64,000 bases of DNA. Source: Geosiphon pyriformis uo1. Taxonomy: Eukaryota; Fungi; Glomeromycota. Below the pieces are notes generated by a model that saw nothing but the letters and a program-made list of their open reading frames with translations, was not told the origin of the DNA and did no database searches. This document shows, in pieces, positions 12,894-24,021 of this stretch (the first letter of the stretch is position 1; every line of letters begins with the position of its first letter). The translations under genes and the position numbers were made by a program. The DNA is taken from the NCBI GenBank assembly GCA_016748015.1, contig JAAOMT010000420.1, positions 226,602 to 290,601 of the forward strand. Direction: 5' to 3'.

Positions 12894-15800
12894 GTGGTGA
12901 TTACACCAGACACAACAACTCTAGAGTATTACCAGTCAATTTACATTCACTACAAGCAAAGATTCAACATTCTAGACAGAATTGAAGTTGTCAAAAAATC
13001 AGTATACCAATACATTAAAAACCACATCAACAATTATCTTTTTGAAAACTACAACATTTCAGAAGTTAGAAACAACCTCTACAATAATTTAGTGTACTAT
13101 TCGCAATTGGGAACAGAAAACCTGAACAGTGAAACACTTGCTACCTACTTTCAAGAACTTAATTTTAACATTATTGAATATTGTGAAGAAAAATATCCAG
13201 TACACTCTAAATACTCTTTTGACTTTGAATCAAAGACAAAAACAAGCAACAAAGGCAAACAAAGATTGAAGCAATACTCAAGAACCACTCCAAACACTCC
13301 AACACTACAAAAGACAACTGCCAAACACTTGCAAACACCTGAACAAGGAACCAGTTTAAAACTTCCACTTACTATCACACCTTTTCTAGCTTTACTTGCA
13401 CAAGCACAAACATCTAATTCACCCTTAAATTGATTTACAAAACCAGAAGATTTTACATTACTTAGAAGTCCTATCAGACAGCAAGAATCTCTTCAAACTA
13501 GTTCCAATCTTCTTGACTTTCTAGCTGAAAATCGAAGTAAATACTTTGAGACAGCAGTGAATGAAAAAAATGACTCTAAAATATCTGAAGAAGAATCAAT
13601 AGACAGTGAAAATGAAGAAGATAAAATGACAACATATATCACAAAAATCCCTGAATTTAATGGAGAAAACATTGAGACCAGTCCCCAAGAATGGCTCAAC
13701 CAAGTTACTAAAGCTGGAGATACAAATGGATAGAATGCTGCCAGAATGTTAAGAACAATTCCCTACTTTCTCAAAAAAACAACAGGCAAATGGTTCAAAA
13801 ACTTGACCACCCTTTTTAATGACTGGACAGCTTTCAAAACTGCCTTCTTAGAACAATTCACTGATAACAATACTTCAATCACACTTTGAAATTGTTTTTG
13901 CAATATCAAACAAGAACCCTCCAAATCTGTTATGACTTATATTGGAAAATTCAACAAACTCCTCAGATGAATTTGCCAACTTGAAACTAATGATTATTAT
14001 TCTGATGCTCAAATCTTGGATTAATTTATCGCTGGTTTAAAGGATAAACTGATTAAAAAGGTTTGCCCACATGCTCTAGAAGATTTAAACTCTGCCATTC
14101 AGCATGCAAAAAGATATGAAATGGCCATAGAAGAAGCCAATTGTACAAAACTTGTGAACTTAGCCATTGAAGAAACCAGCTCAGCAGCTGAGGAGAAAAT
14201 TGACCAACTCACAAAAAAAGTCAAAAACTATTTCACCAACCAACAACAACAGCAATCCCAAAGATATCAATCATCCCAAAGACGAAATCAAAACAACTTC
14301 ACATCATCCTCTAATAACCAGCCTCAGAATTGCCATTACTTTAGAATTCCTGGCTACTAGAAAAGAGATTGCAGAAAGCTACAACGAGATCAACAAAACA
14401 GAAGTAATCAATGTTATCCTTCGTCACAACAATCTTATTACCAACCACCACCACCACCAGCTTACTATCCACCAAGACCCCAATATCAAAATAACTATTA
14501 TCAGCCTGCTCCACAGCCAATTCAACAGCAATACCAACAACCACCCACACAACATTATCAAATACCTGCTCAAAGATTGATTACACAAAACCAATTCACA
14601 CCACAAAACTAATACCAAGTAAACAACAATAGAATTAGTTCGAACAACCAATTGGTTCCCTGAAATTCTATTTAACCAAGACCCAACCACTATCACACTC
14701 AATCCAGTTATTTAACAATGCCAGAAGAACAGAATTTTCACCATACTGCACTCTTAGAAGGTAGAGCTGCAGCACAACAACAAAATTCTTCTCATAACCA
14801 CACTACTATTCCACCAGCCAGAATTGCTGAAAACACCAATCTCTCTAATATCTTTCTTTTCGAGTTCGAAACCAATGAATTACCATTTTTATTCAGCAAT
14901 GCAGCCACCAATGAACAAAAAACAATCACTGCTATGTACACTGAAGCAGAAGTTGAAGAAAAGGCAATTCGTTTGATCCTAGACAATAGATCCACCAGAA
15001 GCATCATTACCTATCAGTTGATGCAACAGTTAAAGAGAAATGTTGACCGACCAGCTCAGACAGTAATCATCACTGCTAATGGCATGAAAAAGACTTCAGT
15101 AGGAGAAATTGACAATTTTCCATTTACTCTTGATGGAATTACTATTCCAGTCAAAGTTCTTGTAATGAACGCTCTTCAGTATCAAGCCCTTGTCAGAAAT
15201 GACTGGCTTCAAAAAGCCAATGCAAAATTAGACTGGGAAACCCAATAACTACAAATCTCTTACCAAGGACAACATGCCCGAGTATCTGCCACTTGTGGTA
15301 CATTCAACAAATACTCCAAAAAAGCCCTGGCTTTTGAATTTGAGCCAGAAGAAGAAAAACCAATAATCAAAACATTCATGGCTCTTGAGTCAACGTCCAA
15401 TTGGGCCGATGAAACTGAACAAGAACATTTTATCCCACACTCTGAACCCAAAACCCCTGAATGAAATATCCCCTACTCAAAGACTGAGCCAAGAAAACAA
15501 CGCCCCTATATTCCCCTTAAATGTAAAGACTGTCACAAGAAACTATCGTCAATGGGAGCTTGTATTTTACCTGAGGAAAAATATGAAAGTCACACCTGCT
15601 ACTATTGCAAGGCCTGCCATCGAGAATAATGAGGCCACTTGATCAAAAGAAGTGGAAAATAGGATGGAACACTCTGTTTTACTTGTGGAAAACAGCTTCT
15701 TGATGAATGTAACTGGATTGATGTTGCATTTAGAGGAGGAGTCTGTGATCAAACTTGTCAATATGCTCTTTCTATTGCAGAAAAAGTAAAATGTGGAACA

Positions 15801-18514
15801 TCTTTCAATGCTGCATACAACAGCGCTCTCAGCAAACTCTATTACTACTCCCATGACGCCGAAATGATCTATGAACTTGCCATGGTTTTAATTAATGGAG
15901 AAACCAAAGAAAATGTCCTTCAAATGAAGGAAACTGAATACATTGAATATATCTTGGAATTAGCTGGATTCAATTATGAAGATGAAGTAGAAGTGTACCA
16001 CCAAATCGCAAGTCACACCTACCTGACCCAAGAAGCTCAAATTCAATAATTAGAACAAATAAACATTAAATTATGTGAGGAATGTATAATGCCGTGTGAC
16101 AAACAATGATGTTCTGAATGCTATGCTCTTAGCATTCCATTACCCAGCAAAAGTAACAAATACAAAATTGAGTTTGGAGAACCTGAAGCAACAGAAAAAA
16201 TTGAAGTAACACCTATTTATCTCATCAAAAATCAGTCTGCCTTACAACTCAAATACTTCAACAACAACGGACAAGGAATAAAACCTGAAAAAACACATGA
16301 AATTGATGCTGAATATGACCTAAGATATCCAGACAAAGATACTCTTGTTCTCAAACCCAAATCTCTCACAAAAATCAACCTCAAAATTCTCTCGAAATCC
16401 TGTCAGGAGCAATGGTTCAAATTGCCTCCCAGTTCTCTCTGGCAAGCAAAGGAATCAATATCAGAGGAGGAATAATTAATGCTGAATATACTGGTGACAT
16501 AACAGTAATACTCCAAAATGAAACCGATAAACCTTTCAAAATTGAACATTCTGAAAAAATTGCCCAAGCTATCTATTTACCCTTAATTAATATTTCGGGC
16601 TTACAGTTAGTCAATCAAAGAGAACAATTGGAAAAAAGCAAAAGAGGAACACAAGATTTTGGTTCAACTGGACAATTCACAGTTCCAGTAAACATAGCTC
16701 TTAATGAACAAAGTGAATCTTACCAGATTCTACAACTTCCACAACCAATTACTATTTCATCTTTTGGAGAACACCCCAAAATTTACACTTGTGAAAAGCT
16801 AACAACCACCCAACAAATTTTTAAGTCCAATGAATAAATCTGCTTGAAACATAATATCTCAATTCCAAATATCTACATCCCAAAAAGAACAAAGAAAGTC
16901 CGAGTTACTTTTTACAACTCCAATAATTACCCCATAGTTTTATTAAATAACTTAGAAATTGGAGTTATTCACAGTAATATCTTTCAACAAAAATTACCCC
17001 AAACAATTCCTGATTTCTCTGAAATTATTGGACATTCACTACCAAAAATCAATCCAAACCTCAGCTCTAAAAACTACCATGTTGTCATGGAAAAACTATC
17101 TCAAATCAACATGGGACAACTTGAACCATAACAACAGAGCCAGCTCAAAGAGCTAATTGCAGAATTTGCCGATATCTTTGCCAAAAACAACAATGACATA
17201 GGAAGAACCGATTTGGTTCAACACCAAATCTATATAGGAGATGCCAAACCAAGGCAACAGCAAGCCTACCAAGTTGCTTCAGAAAGTCACCAATTTATCC
17301 ACAAAGAAGTGCAACGGATGCTCAACAATGGGCTTATTCAACCATCAATAAGTCTATGGGCTTCACCTGTGGTCTTAGTTAAAAAGAAAAATGGAAAAAT
17401 ACAATTTTGTGTTGATTATTGACAACTCAACAGTGTTACCATTGGAGATGCCTACTCTTTTCCCCAAATTGATGACATGCTAGATGCTTTTGGGAAGTCC
17501 AAATACTTTTCGACATTAGATTTAGAGAGTAGATACTAGCAAGTTGCCATGAATTCCAAAGATCGCTCTAAAACAGCATTCACCACTCAAAGAGAAAATT
17601 ATGAATTCAATATAATGCCTTTCGGATTATGCAATGCACCAGCAACATTTCAAAGACTTATGAACATTGTTTACAAAGGCCTCCTTTGAAAGTTAGTAGT
17701 TGTTTATCTTGACAATACTGATGTTTATTTTCCATCATTCGAATTACACTTAAAACACCTGCGAGAAGTTTTTCAATAATTATGAAAAGCAGAACTGAAA
17801 CTCAACATTGAAAAATACTACTTTGGAAAAACAAGCTTGGTCTTTCTTGGTCATATCATTAGTAAAGATGGAATCAAACCAGACCCTGGAAAAATCAGCA
17901 CTGTCAAAAACTTCAAAACTTCTCAAAACACTACAGAACTAAGAGGATTCATAGAGTTAGCCTTCTACTATCAGAAGTTTATCAAAAAATTCTTAGAAAT
18001 CGCAAAACCTCTCAACCAGCTTACCACCAAAAATGTTAAATACAAATAGACTGCTGAACACCAAAATGCATTTGAAATCCTCAAAGAAAAACTAATGACA
18101 GCTCCAATTCTTGCCTACCCAGATTTCAGCAACCAATTTTGGTTAGCAACAAATGCCTCTTATACTGTCTTTGGTGCTATCCTATCACAGTTAGATGACA
18201 ATAGAAATAAGCGAGTAATTGTTTATGCTAGCAGAACATTGAAACCAGCTGAAAAAAACTACTCTGCAATAGAATTAGAAACTGCAGCAGTAATCTGGGC
18301 CCTACATCACTTCAACCTTTACCTCAGACCCAAAAAATTTAATATTATCACTGATAATATTGGACTCAAATGGCTTCAGAACAAAAACACTCAGCTGAAT
18401 ACAAAACAAACCTGATAGACAGGATTTTTAGCCAACTACTGATATATTGTACACCACAAACCAGGAAAACTCCATACCAATATTAATTGTCTCTCAAGAA
18501 TGAGGCAAGATTAG
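12894..18514 (+). pseudogene. Gag-PR-Cys-rich-dUTPase-RT-RNaseH polyprotein of E2
   Basis: ORF pieces 12894, 14121, 14718 and 15864 share one frame, so Gag runs into PR without a frameshift; copy-specific 1-bp deletion near 16390; ends SRMRQD*. Confidence 0.93.
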
Positions 18515-18560
18515 AATACAAAACCAACACCCATTTAAATTAATAACAAAACAACAAACA

Positions 18561-19942
18561 ATGAACCCCGAAAACTACAACAATCTTAAACAATATTTGG
18601 AGACATTAACAATCCCAACAGATTGGTCCTCAGATAAAAAACATCAGTTACAACAACAAGCCAAATAATACTTCTTACACAATAACATAATTTATTATCG
18701 AAACTTCAGAAACCCAAACAATCCACTCAAATTAATACAAGAACATGAAAAAAAAACCATTTTATATAACATGCACTCAGACTTTTCATCAGCACACCTA
18801 GGAAAAGACAGCACCACCCAGAGAACACTAGAATATTACTTTTGGCCTCAAATGAGAAAAGACATTCATGAATACATTAAGTCTTATGATAGTTGTTAAA
18901 GAAGAGGAGGAACTCGCCCTACAGAACTTTTAAACCCAATCAAAGTTGAACAGTCTTTTGACCAAGTTGGTATCGATTTAGTCGGACCACTACCTATCAC
19001 AAACCAAGGAAACCATTATATTGCAGTAGCTGTAGACTATCTCACCAAATGGCCTGAAACCAGAGCCATTTAACAAGCAGATGCGAAATCAGTAGCAAAC
19101 TTCATCTATGAAGACATTATTTGTAGACATGGATGCCCAATAAAACTTTTATTTAATCAAGGAACACATTTCGTGAACAATTTAATCCAGGAAATTTGTG
19201 GACGATTTAATGTCAAGAGACCATTATCTTTGCCCTATCATCCACAAACAAATAGACTTGTAAAATGTTTCAACAGAACATTGTGTGAATCATTAGCCAA
19301 AGTCTCAACTGATTTTGAGCAAGAATGAGATCTCTTTATTCCATCAGTGTTACTAGCATATAGAACACTAAAACAAGATACCACAAAACACACACTATTT
19401 GATTTAATCTATGAAAGAACAGCAACGTTACCAATTAGTTTCACAATGGAAACATATCCAGTACAACCAATTAATAAAGACAACTTTTAGAAAACACTAC
19501 AATAAAGAGCCTATACTCTGCTTAGCACGTTGGAAAGAAAACAATAAATAGCAGTCATATTAAACACTCCCAAGCTCAACAAAAAGAATGGCATGACAAC
19601 AAATTGCCTTCAGTTACCAATGAATTTAAAATCAGAAACAAAGTTCTCTTACACAGAACTAAAGCTGAAAAACAATGGAATGGAAAATTTGAAAATAAAT
19701 AGGATAGACCATTCTTTATCCATGAAGTCCTAGGCAACAGGTCATACAAGCTAAGACTTGATAACAAAATCCTAGCAAAAGTTGCACATAGAGATCGTTT
19801 GAAACACTATAATTCCAGACACAATCCTGAACTATTAATTTCACAAATTAGTACACATTTCTCTTTAATCAATCCTGAAGATATTTCCTGAAATCTAGAA
19901 CCAATAGTTGTCATTGAACAATCTCTCAACTTGAACACTTAA
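18561..19942 (+). pseudogene. Integrase ORF of E2
   Basis: ATG at 18561 (MNPENYNNLKQYLETL), HSD..AHLG, GIDLVGP and YHPQTN motifs. Confidence 0.92.
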
Positions 19943-20064
19943 TTTAAATTTATTATTATAGTTATCTCCTTATAATTTAGAAACAATCTCACAAAAACAA
20001 AGCAAAAATAACATAAAAACCTATACACCAAAAATAATTTTCTTTTATTTTCAAATCTCTTATA

Positions 20065-20786
20065 ATGACTATTTCTTAAAACATTCAACAATTATCCCAA
20101 AAACTAATGTTAGCTTTAAAAACAATACCCAAATTATCTATTACTGTTACTGGAAACCACATTAATTATACCCAAACAGAAGTAGTTACAAATTTAGCCC
20201 CAAATTTACGAAAATATCACCCATATAAAAAGAACACAAGAAGTTATTCTGGAATTTACTTGCCAGAACTTTTAAAGCTTGCTTTAAGAGAAAACTTAAT
20301 ACTCACTCCTATTAGTATTTCACTAAATGCTACTATTCAACAAAAAACTTCAACTGTGTCTTAATGAAGAAAACTATGACTATACTCCAATATATAGATA
20401 TTTCTACATTAAAAAAACACTTCACAAACAAAAACAGAAGCTTATAGCAGCAAACCTCACAAAAAAAACTATTTGGAAACAACTCCACAACGAATTCAAG
20501 ACAACAGCTGGACCCTACAAACAGTCGTTATAAACTAAGAGCTGCTCTTAGACTTTATGACCTATTCCACATCTGTAAAAACGTACTACAAAACCCAATT
20601 TTTCAACCTTTGAAGATTCAATACATTGGAAAGCTCACAGAACTGAAATTTCAACAATTTTCAGACCAAATTTCTTTAATAATTTTGGATTATTATCTGG
20701 AAATAACAGACAGTACTTGGATTTCAATGGAGCTTAGTCTTGAGGAGAAAGTTATGTTACCAGATGAAATTAGAGATATTGTTTAG
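20065..20786 (+). pseudogene. Accessory ORF3 of E2
   Basis: Homologous to E3 ORF3, frameshifted; ends inside the 3' LTR. Confidence 0.85.
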
Positions 20787-21736
20787 CATAAAATTACCCT
20801 TATAAATCTTATCATTAATTAGCATATATTATTATTTCAAATTATTACTTATTACATTAGCAAAATGTCCGAAATTATCATTTAATTAATAACCCAATTT
20901 GTACATAACACAAATATAACCTAAGTGCAATGATCAATCATGCAATACCCCGAAATATGTAACATTCAAAAGTTTACCGAAATTTGTAGAAATTTGCCGA
21001 AATAATTAATAGTTCACTGAAATATCTAATAGTTCACAAAAATAACTTGTAGTTTGCTGAAATGTATCTTTAGTTCAGCAAAATTGTAGAAAAGAGCAAA
21101 GTTCAAGTTCATAGAATAATGTTACAATAAGTTGTATAAAAGAAGAGCTTCTCTTTTCAAGAAAATGTATCTTATTTTAGATTTATCACTTAGAACTATT
21201 CCTACACACACAAAAAGAAATAAATACCAAATAATTTGAAAAACCAAATTCTTTAATTATTGCACTTGGAAAATTCCCAAAACCCAACTAACATTTTGAA
21301 ATTGATTAGTTACCAATTTCAGTAAACTGTTAGTGACTCCAGGCCTGGATAGAAAACATTTCCCTTGACAGAATTCTATTTCTTTTACATTTCTTTTATT
21401 TTCTTTCTTTTATTTTCTTATTCTAATCATTAAAGTAGCCTACAGACAAGATTCTTGTAGAAGAGTTGACTTTCACAGCAAAGTAACTACACATTTTTAG
21501 TAAGCTTCCAGATGAGCAATTCTTGGGAAAGAGTTGACGTTTACTACAACATAACTACACAAAGCAACTGGTATGAAACTGGCTATTTCACTTATAAGCC
21601 CAGCAGTTCAAATTATAGGAGATAATTTGAAGATAAATTCAGTTATCGGAGGTTTAAACACTTCCCATAGTTGTGAATTAACAGCATTACAATAAACATA
21701 CAAGAGCTAAGAAGAGACCAAAAACTTCTGGTAACA
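20755..21736 (+). repeat. 3' LTR of E2
   Basis: TGTTACCAGA...TCTGGTAACA. Confidence 0.96.
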
Positions 21737-23210
21737 ACGGCCCTGTGTAAAGGCTTTGTTTTTGGCGATTGGTATCACGAGTCTGTTTCTGTTTACAAAG
21801 ATTCTAAGGTGGCAGTGGTTAATGTTGTGAATTTTGTATGTGAGTTTTGTTTTGCATTTTGTGATAATATCTGGCTGGTCCGTGTAAAACACTGGGCTAT
21901 TATGAAGAAGAATAAGCTAATTCCACGTGATGGTTCCATTTCTGTCACTGTTTCTGGTTTTTCTACATGGCTTTCAGCTGGAGTGATTAGGTTGTTGGGT
22001 ATTGCTGATGCACTTGGCATCAGTTTTGGATATTGTAAGCATTATTTGTTTTATGCAGGTGTTGGTGACATAGCTTCTGTTTATATAAGTGCATAGTATT
22101 GTTCTGACTAGTCTGAGTGTTTGGTTATGTGTAGCAAAGACATGATTTGCACCTAATTTAGATCATTTGTATAATGTATAGCACTAGGTGGTGTTTGGAC
22201 TTCACTCATAAAACTTTAAAAAAAAATAAAAAAAAAATGTCTTACTTAAAAAATTATAGAACAATCTAGCTTTTAACTTAAAACTCTTCTTAATTAAGAG
22301 ATCTTATTAATGACAAACCTTAAAAGAAATAAAATTAAACTGTAAATAATAGTTAAAAATAGATTGCAAAATAGCTGAAACTAAATATAAAAACTATTTA
22401 TTCATGATAATTTTTTTTAAAATCATATTTGAAAAAAACTTGATGTCAAATCAAGTCTTGGCTAAACTAGACTTAGACATTTCATCAGTAAATAAAAAGA
22501 TTTTTAAATATATGTGCAGTATACCATTTTTGGCAATTAAAATAAGTAATTCACTAATGTTTAAAAAAACATTTTTAATTTTTTGGTTAATAAAAATAGC
22601 CACTGTTTTGTTATTGTTAATTAAAATATTATTAATCAAAAAAATTTACTGACAATATCTAATATATATTGTGTAAAAATCTAACTATTCTTAATTTAGA
22701 TAATATTATCAATAAAGACATCAGCTATAAAAAAAAAAGTCACTTTTTTTTTGGTTTTTACTTTTTCTGTTTTAGCCATAAATTTGGTATTAATTTGGTA
22801 TTTATATAAATGTTGTTGTCTTTTAATCTTATATAAAAAAAAGTCATAGAAGATTCTCCAAAGAAAAGAAGAGAATATCTTATAATAATCTAGTCTATTA
22901 TGTATTTAATATTTATTTATAAGACTAAAATCTATCATAATTCTATTTAATCTATTTTTATAAATACTGCTAAAAAAGCCAATAAATTTTTTACACATTG
23001 TTACCAGACAAATTTAGAGATATTATTTAGCATGAAATTATCTTATAATTTCTATCATTAATTAGCATATATTATCATTTCAAATGATCACTTATTACAT
23101 TAGCAAAAATGTCTGAAATTATCATTTAATTAATAACCCAAATTGTACACAACACAAATATAACCTAATTGCGATGATCAATCATGCAATACCCCGAACT
23201 ATGTAACATT

Positions 23211-23335
23211 CAAAAAGTTTGCCGAAATTTGTAGAAATTTGCCGAAATAATTGATAGTTCACTGAAATATCTAATAGTTCGCCGAAATAACTTATAGTTT
23301 GCCGAAATGTATCTTTAGTTTAGTGAAATTTTAGA
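23211..23335 (+). repeat. 20-bp-period array of palindromic TTCGCCGAAAT-type motifs in LTR U3 (~6 units; present in all family A LTRs)
   Basis: agttt gccgaaattt gtagaaattt gccgaaataa ttgatagttc actgaaatat ctaatagttc gccgaaataa cttatagttt gccgaaatgt. Confidence 0.85.
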
Positions 23336-23379
23336 AAATAGCAAAGTTCAAGTTCATAGAATAGTGTTATGACAAGTTG

Positions 23380-23386
23380 TATAAAA
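23380..23386 (+). promoter_or_regulatory. Putative LTR TATA box (TATAAAA); candidate poly(A) signal AATAAA at 23463-23468
   Basis: Conserved in most LTR copies (one transition in the E1 5' LTR), ~45 bp downstream of the U3 array. Confidence 0.55.
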
Positions 23387-23676
23387 GAAAAGCTTCTCTC
23401 TTTGAGAAAATGTATCTACTTTAGATTTATCTCTTAAAACCGTTCATATATACACAAAAAGAAATAAATATCAAATAATTCGAAAAACCAAATTCTTTAA
23501 TTATTGTACTTGGAAAATTCCCAAAACCCAACTAACATTTCGAAATTGATTAGCTACCAATTTCAGTAAACTGTTAGTGACTCCAGGCCTGGATAGAAAA
23601 TGTTCCCTTGATAAGATCCTATTTCTTTTACACTTCTGTTATTTTTCTTTCTTTTCTTATTACAATCATTAGGGTA

Positions 23677-23800
23677 GCCTACAGACGAGATTCCTGTAGA
23701 AGAGTTGACTTTCACAGCAAAGTAACTACACATTTTTAGTGAGCTTCCAGACGAGCAATTTCTGGAAAAGAGTTGACGTTTACTACAATGTAACTACATA
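23677..23800 (+). other. Tandemly duplicated two-hairpin RNA motif in LTR U5/leader
   Basis: Unit 1: CTACAG-acgagattc-CTGTAG aag AGTT-g-ACTTT-cacagc-AAAGT-AACT. Unit 2 consensus: TTCCAG-acgagcaattc-CTGG(G/A)A aag AGTT-g-ACGTT-tactac-AACGT-AACT. Compensatory stem changes between units. Confidence 0.7.
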
Positions 23801-23976
23801 AAGTAACTAGCAAGAAATTGGCCATTCTACTCATAAGCCCAGCAAATTCAAATTATAGGAGATAATTTGAAGATAAATTCAGTTACTGGAGGTTCAACCA
23901 CATCCAGAAAACGTGAATTCACAGCAAATAAGTATCAACAACATTACAGAAAAGAGACCAAAAACCTCCGGTAACA

Positions 23977-23994
23977 TTTGGTGCTCTCCCACGG
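23977..23994 (+). promoter_or_regulatory. Primer binding site (TT-TGGTGCTCTCCCACGG)
   Basis: TGG two nt after the LTR end, complementary to a tRNA ending ...GAGAGCACCA; tRNA identity not determined. Confidence 0.8.
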
Positions 23995-24021
23995 AAACAA
24001 CACAGCAAAAACAAATTCAAA

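Larger units (their letters stand above)
11867..21736 (+). mobile_element. Ty3/Gypsy LTR retrotransposon, family A, copy E2 (full length, decayed)
   Basis: LTRs 11867-12848 and 20755-21736 (982 bp each), PBS 12849-12866, PPT ~20742-20751, flanks ATGA/ACGG (decayed 4-bp TSD), all internal domains present. Confidence 0.97.
9421..22237 (+). mobile_element. Non-LTR (LINE) retrotransposon 3' portion with RNase H and CCHC finger, interrupted by nested LTR elements (pieces 9421-10661, 11735-11866, 21737-22237)
   Basis: RNase H motifs YTDGS / ELQAIALAL / WIKVESHSG..N..AD.LA (9833-10269), CLFCGEVEVSDHVFSC finger (~10600-10650). Frame rejoins across insertions (SCSSD-ADIRADLL; DVTVS-TALCKGFVF). Stop at 22096, poly(A) tail 22218-22237. 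Confidence 0.88.
22999..23976 (+). repeat. 5' LTR of E3
   Basis: Direct repeat of 31879-32856 (~96% identical, no indels). Confidence 0.97.

Noticed and set aside
23211-23335. U3 repeats as a CRISPR-like array
   Set aside because: The 20-bp period leaves no real spacers; eukaryotic LTR context; no cas genes.
23677-23800. Hammerhead ribozyme or iron-responsive element
   Set aside because: No CUGANGA/GAAA core on either strand; the bulge and loop do not match the IRE (5' C bulge, CAGUGN loop).
23680-24021. Protein-coding ORF in U5 or through the PBS
   Set aside because: Stops are shared by all copies and frame differs between E1 and E2/E3 upstream of the GTG.
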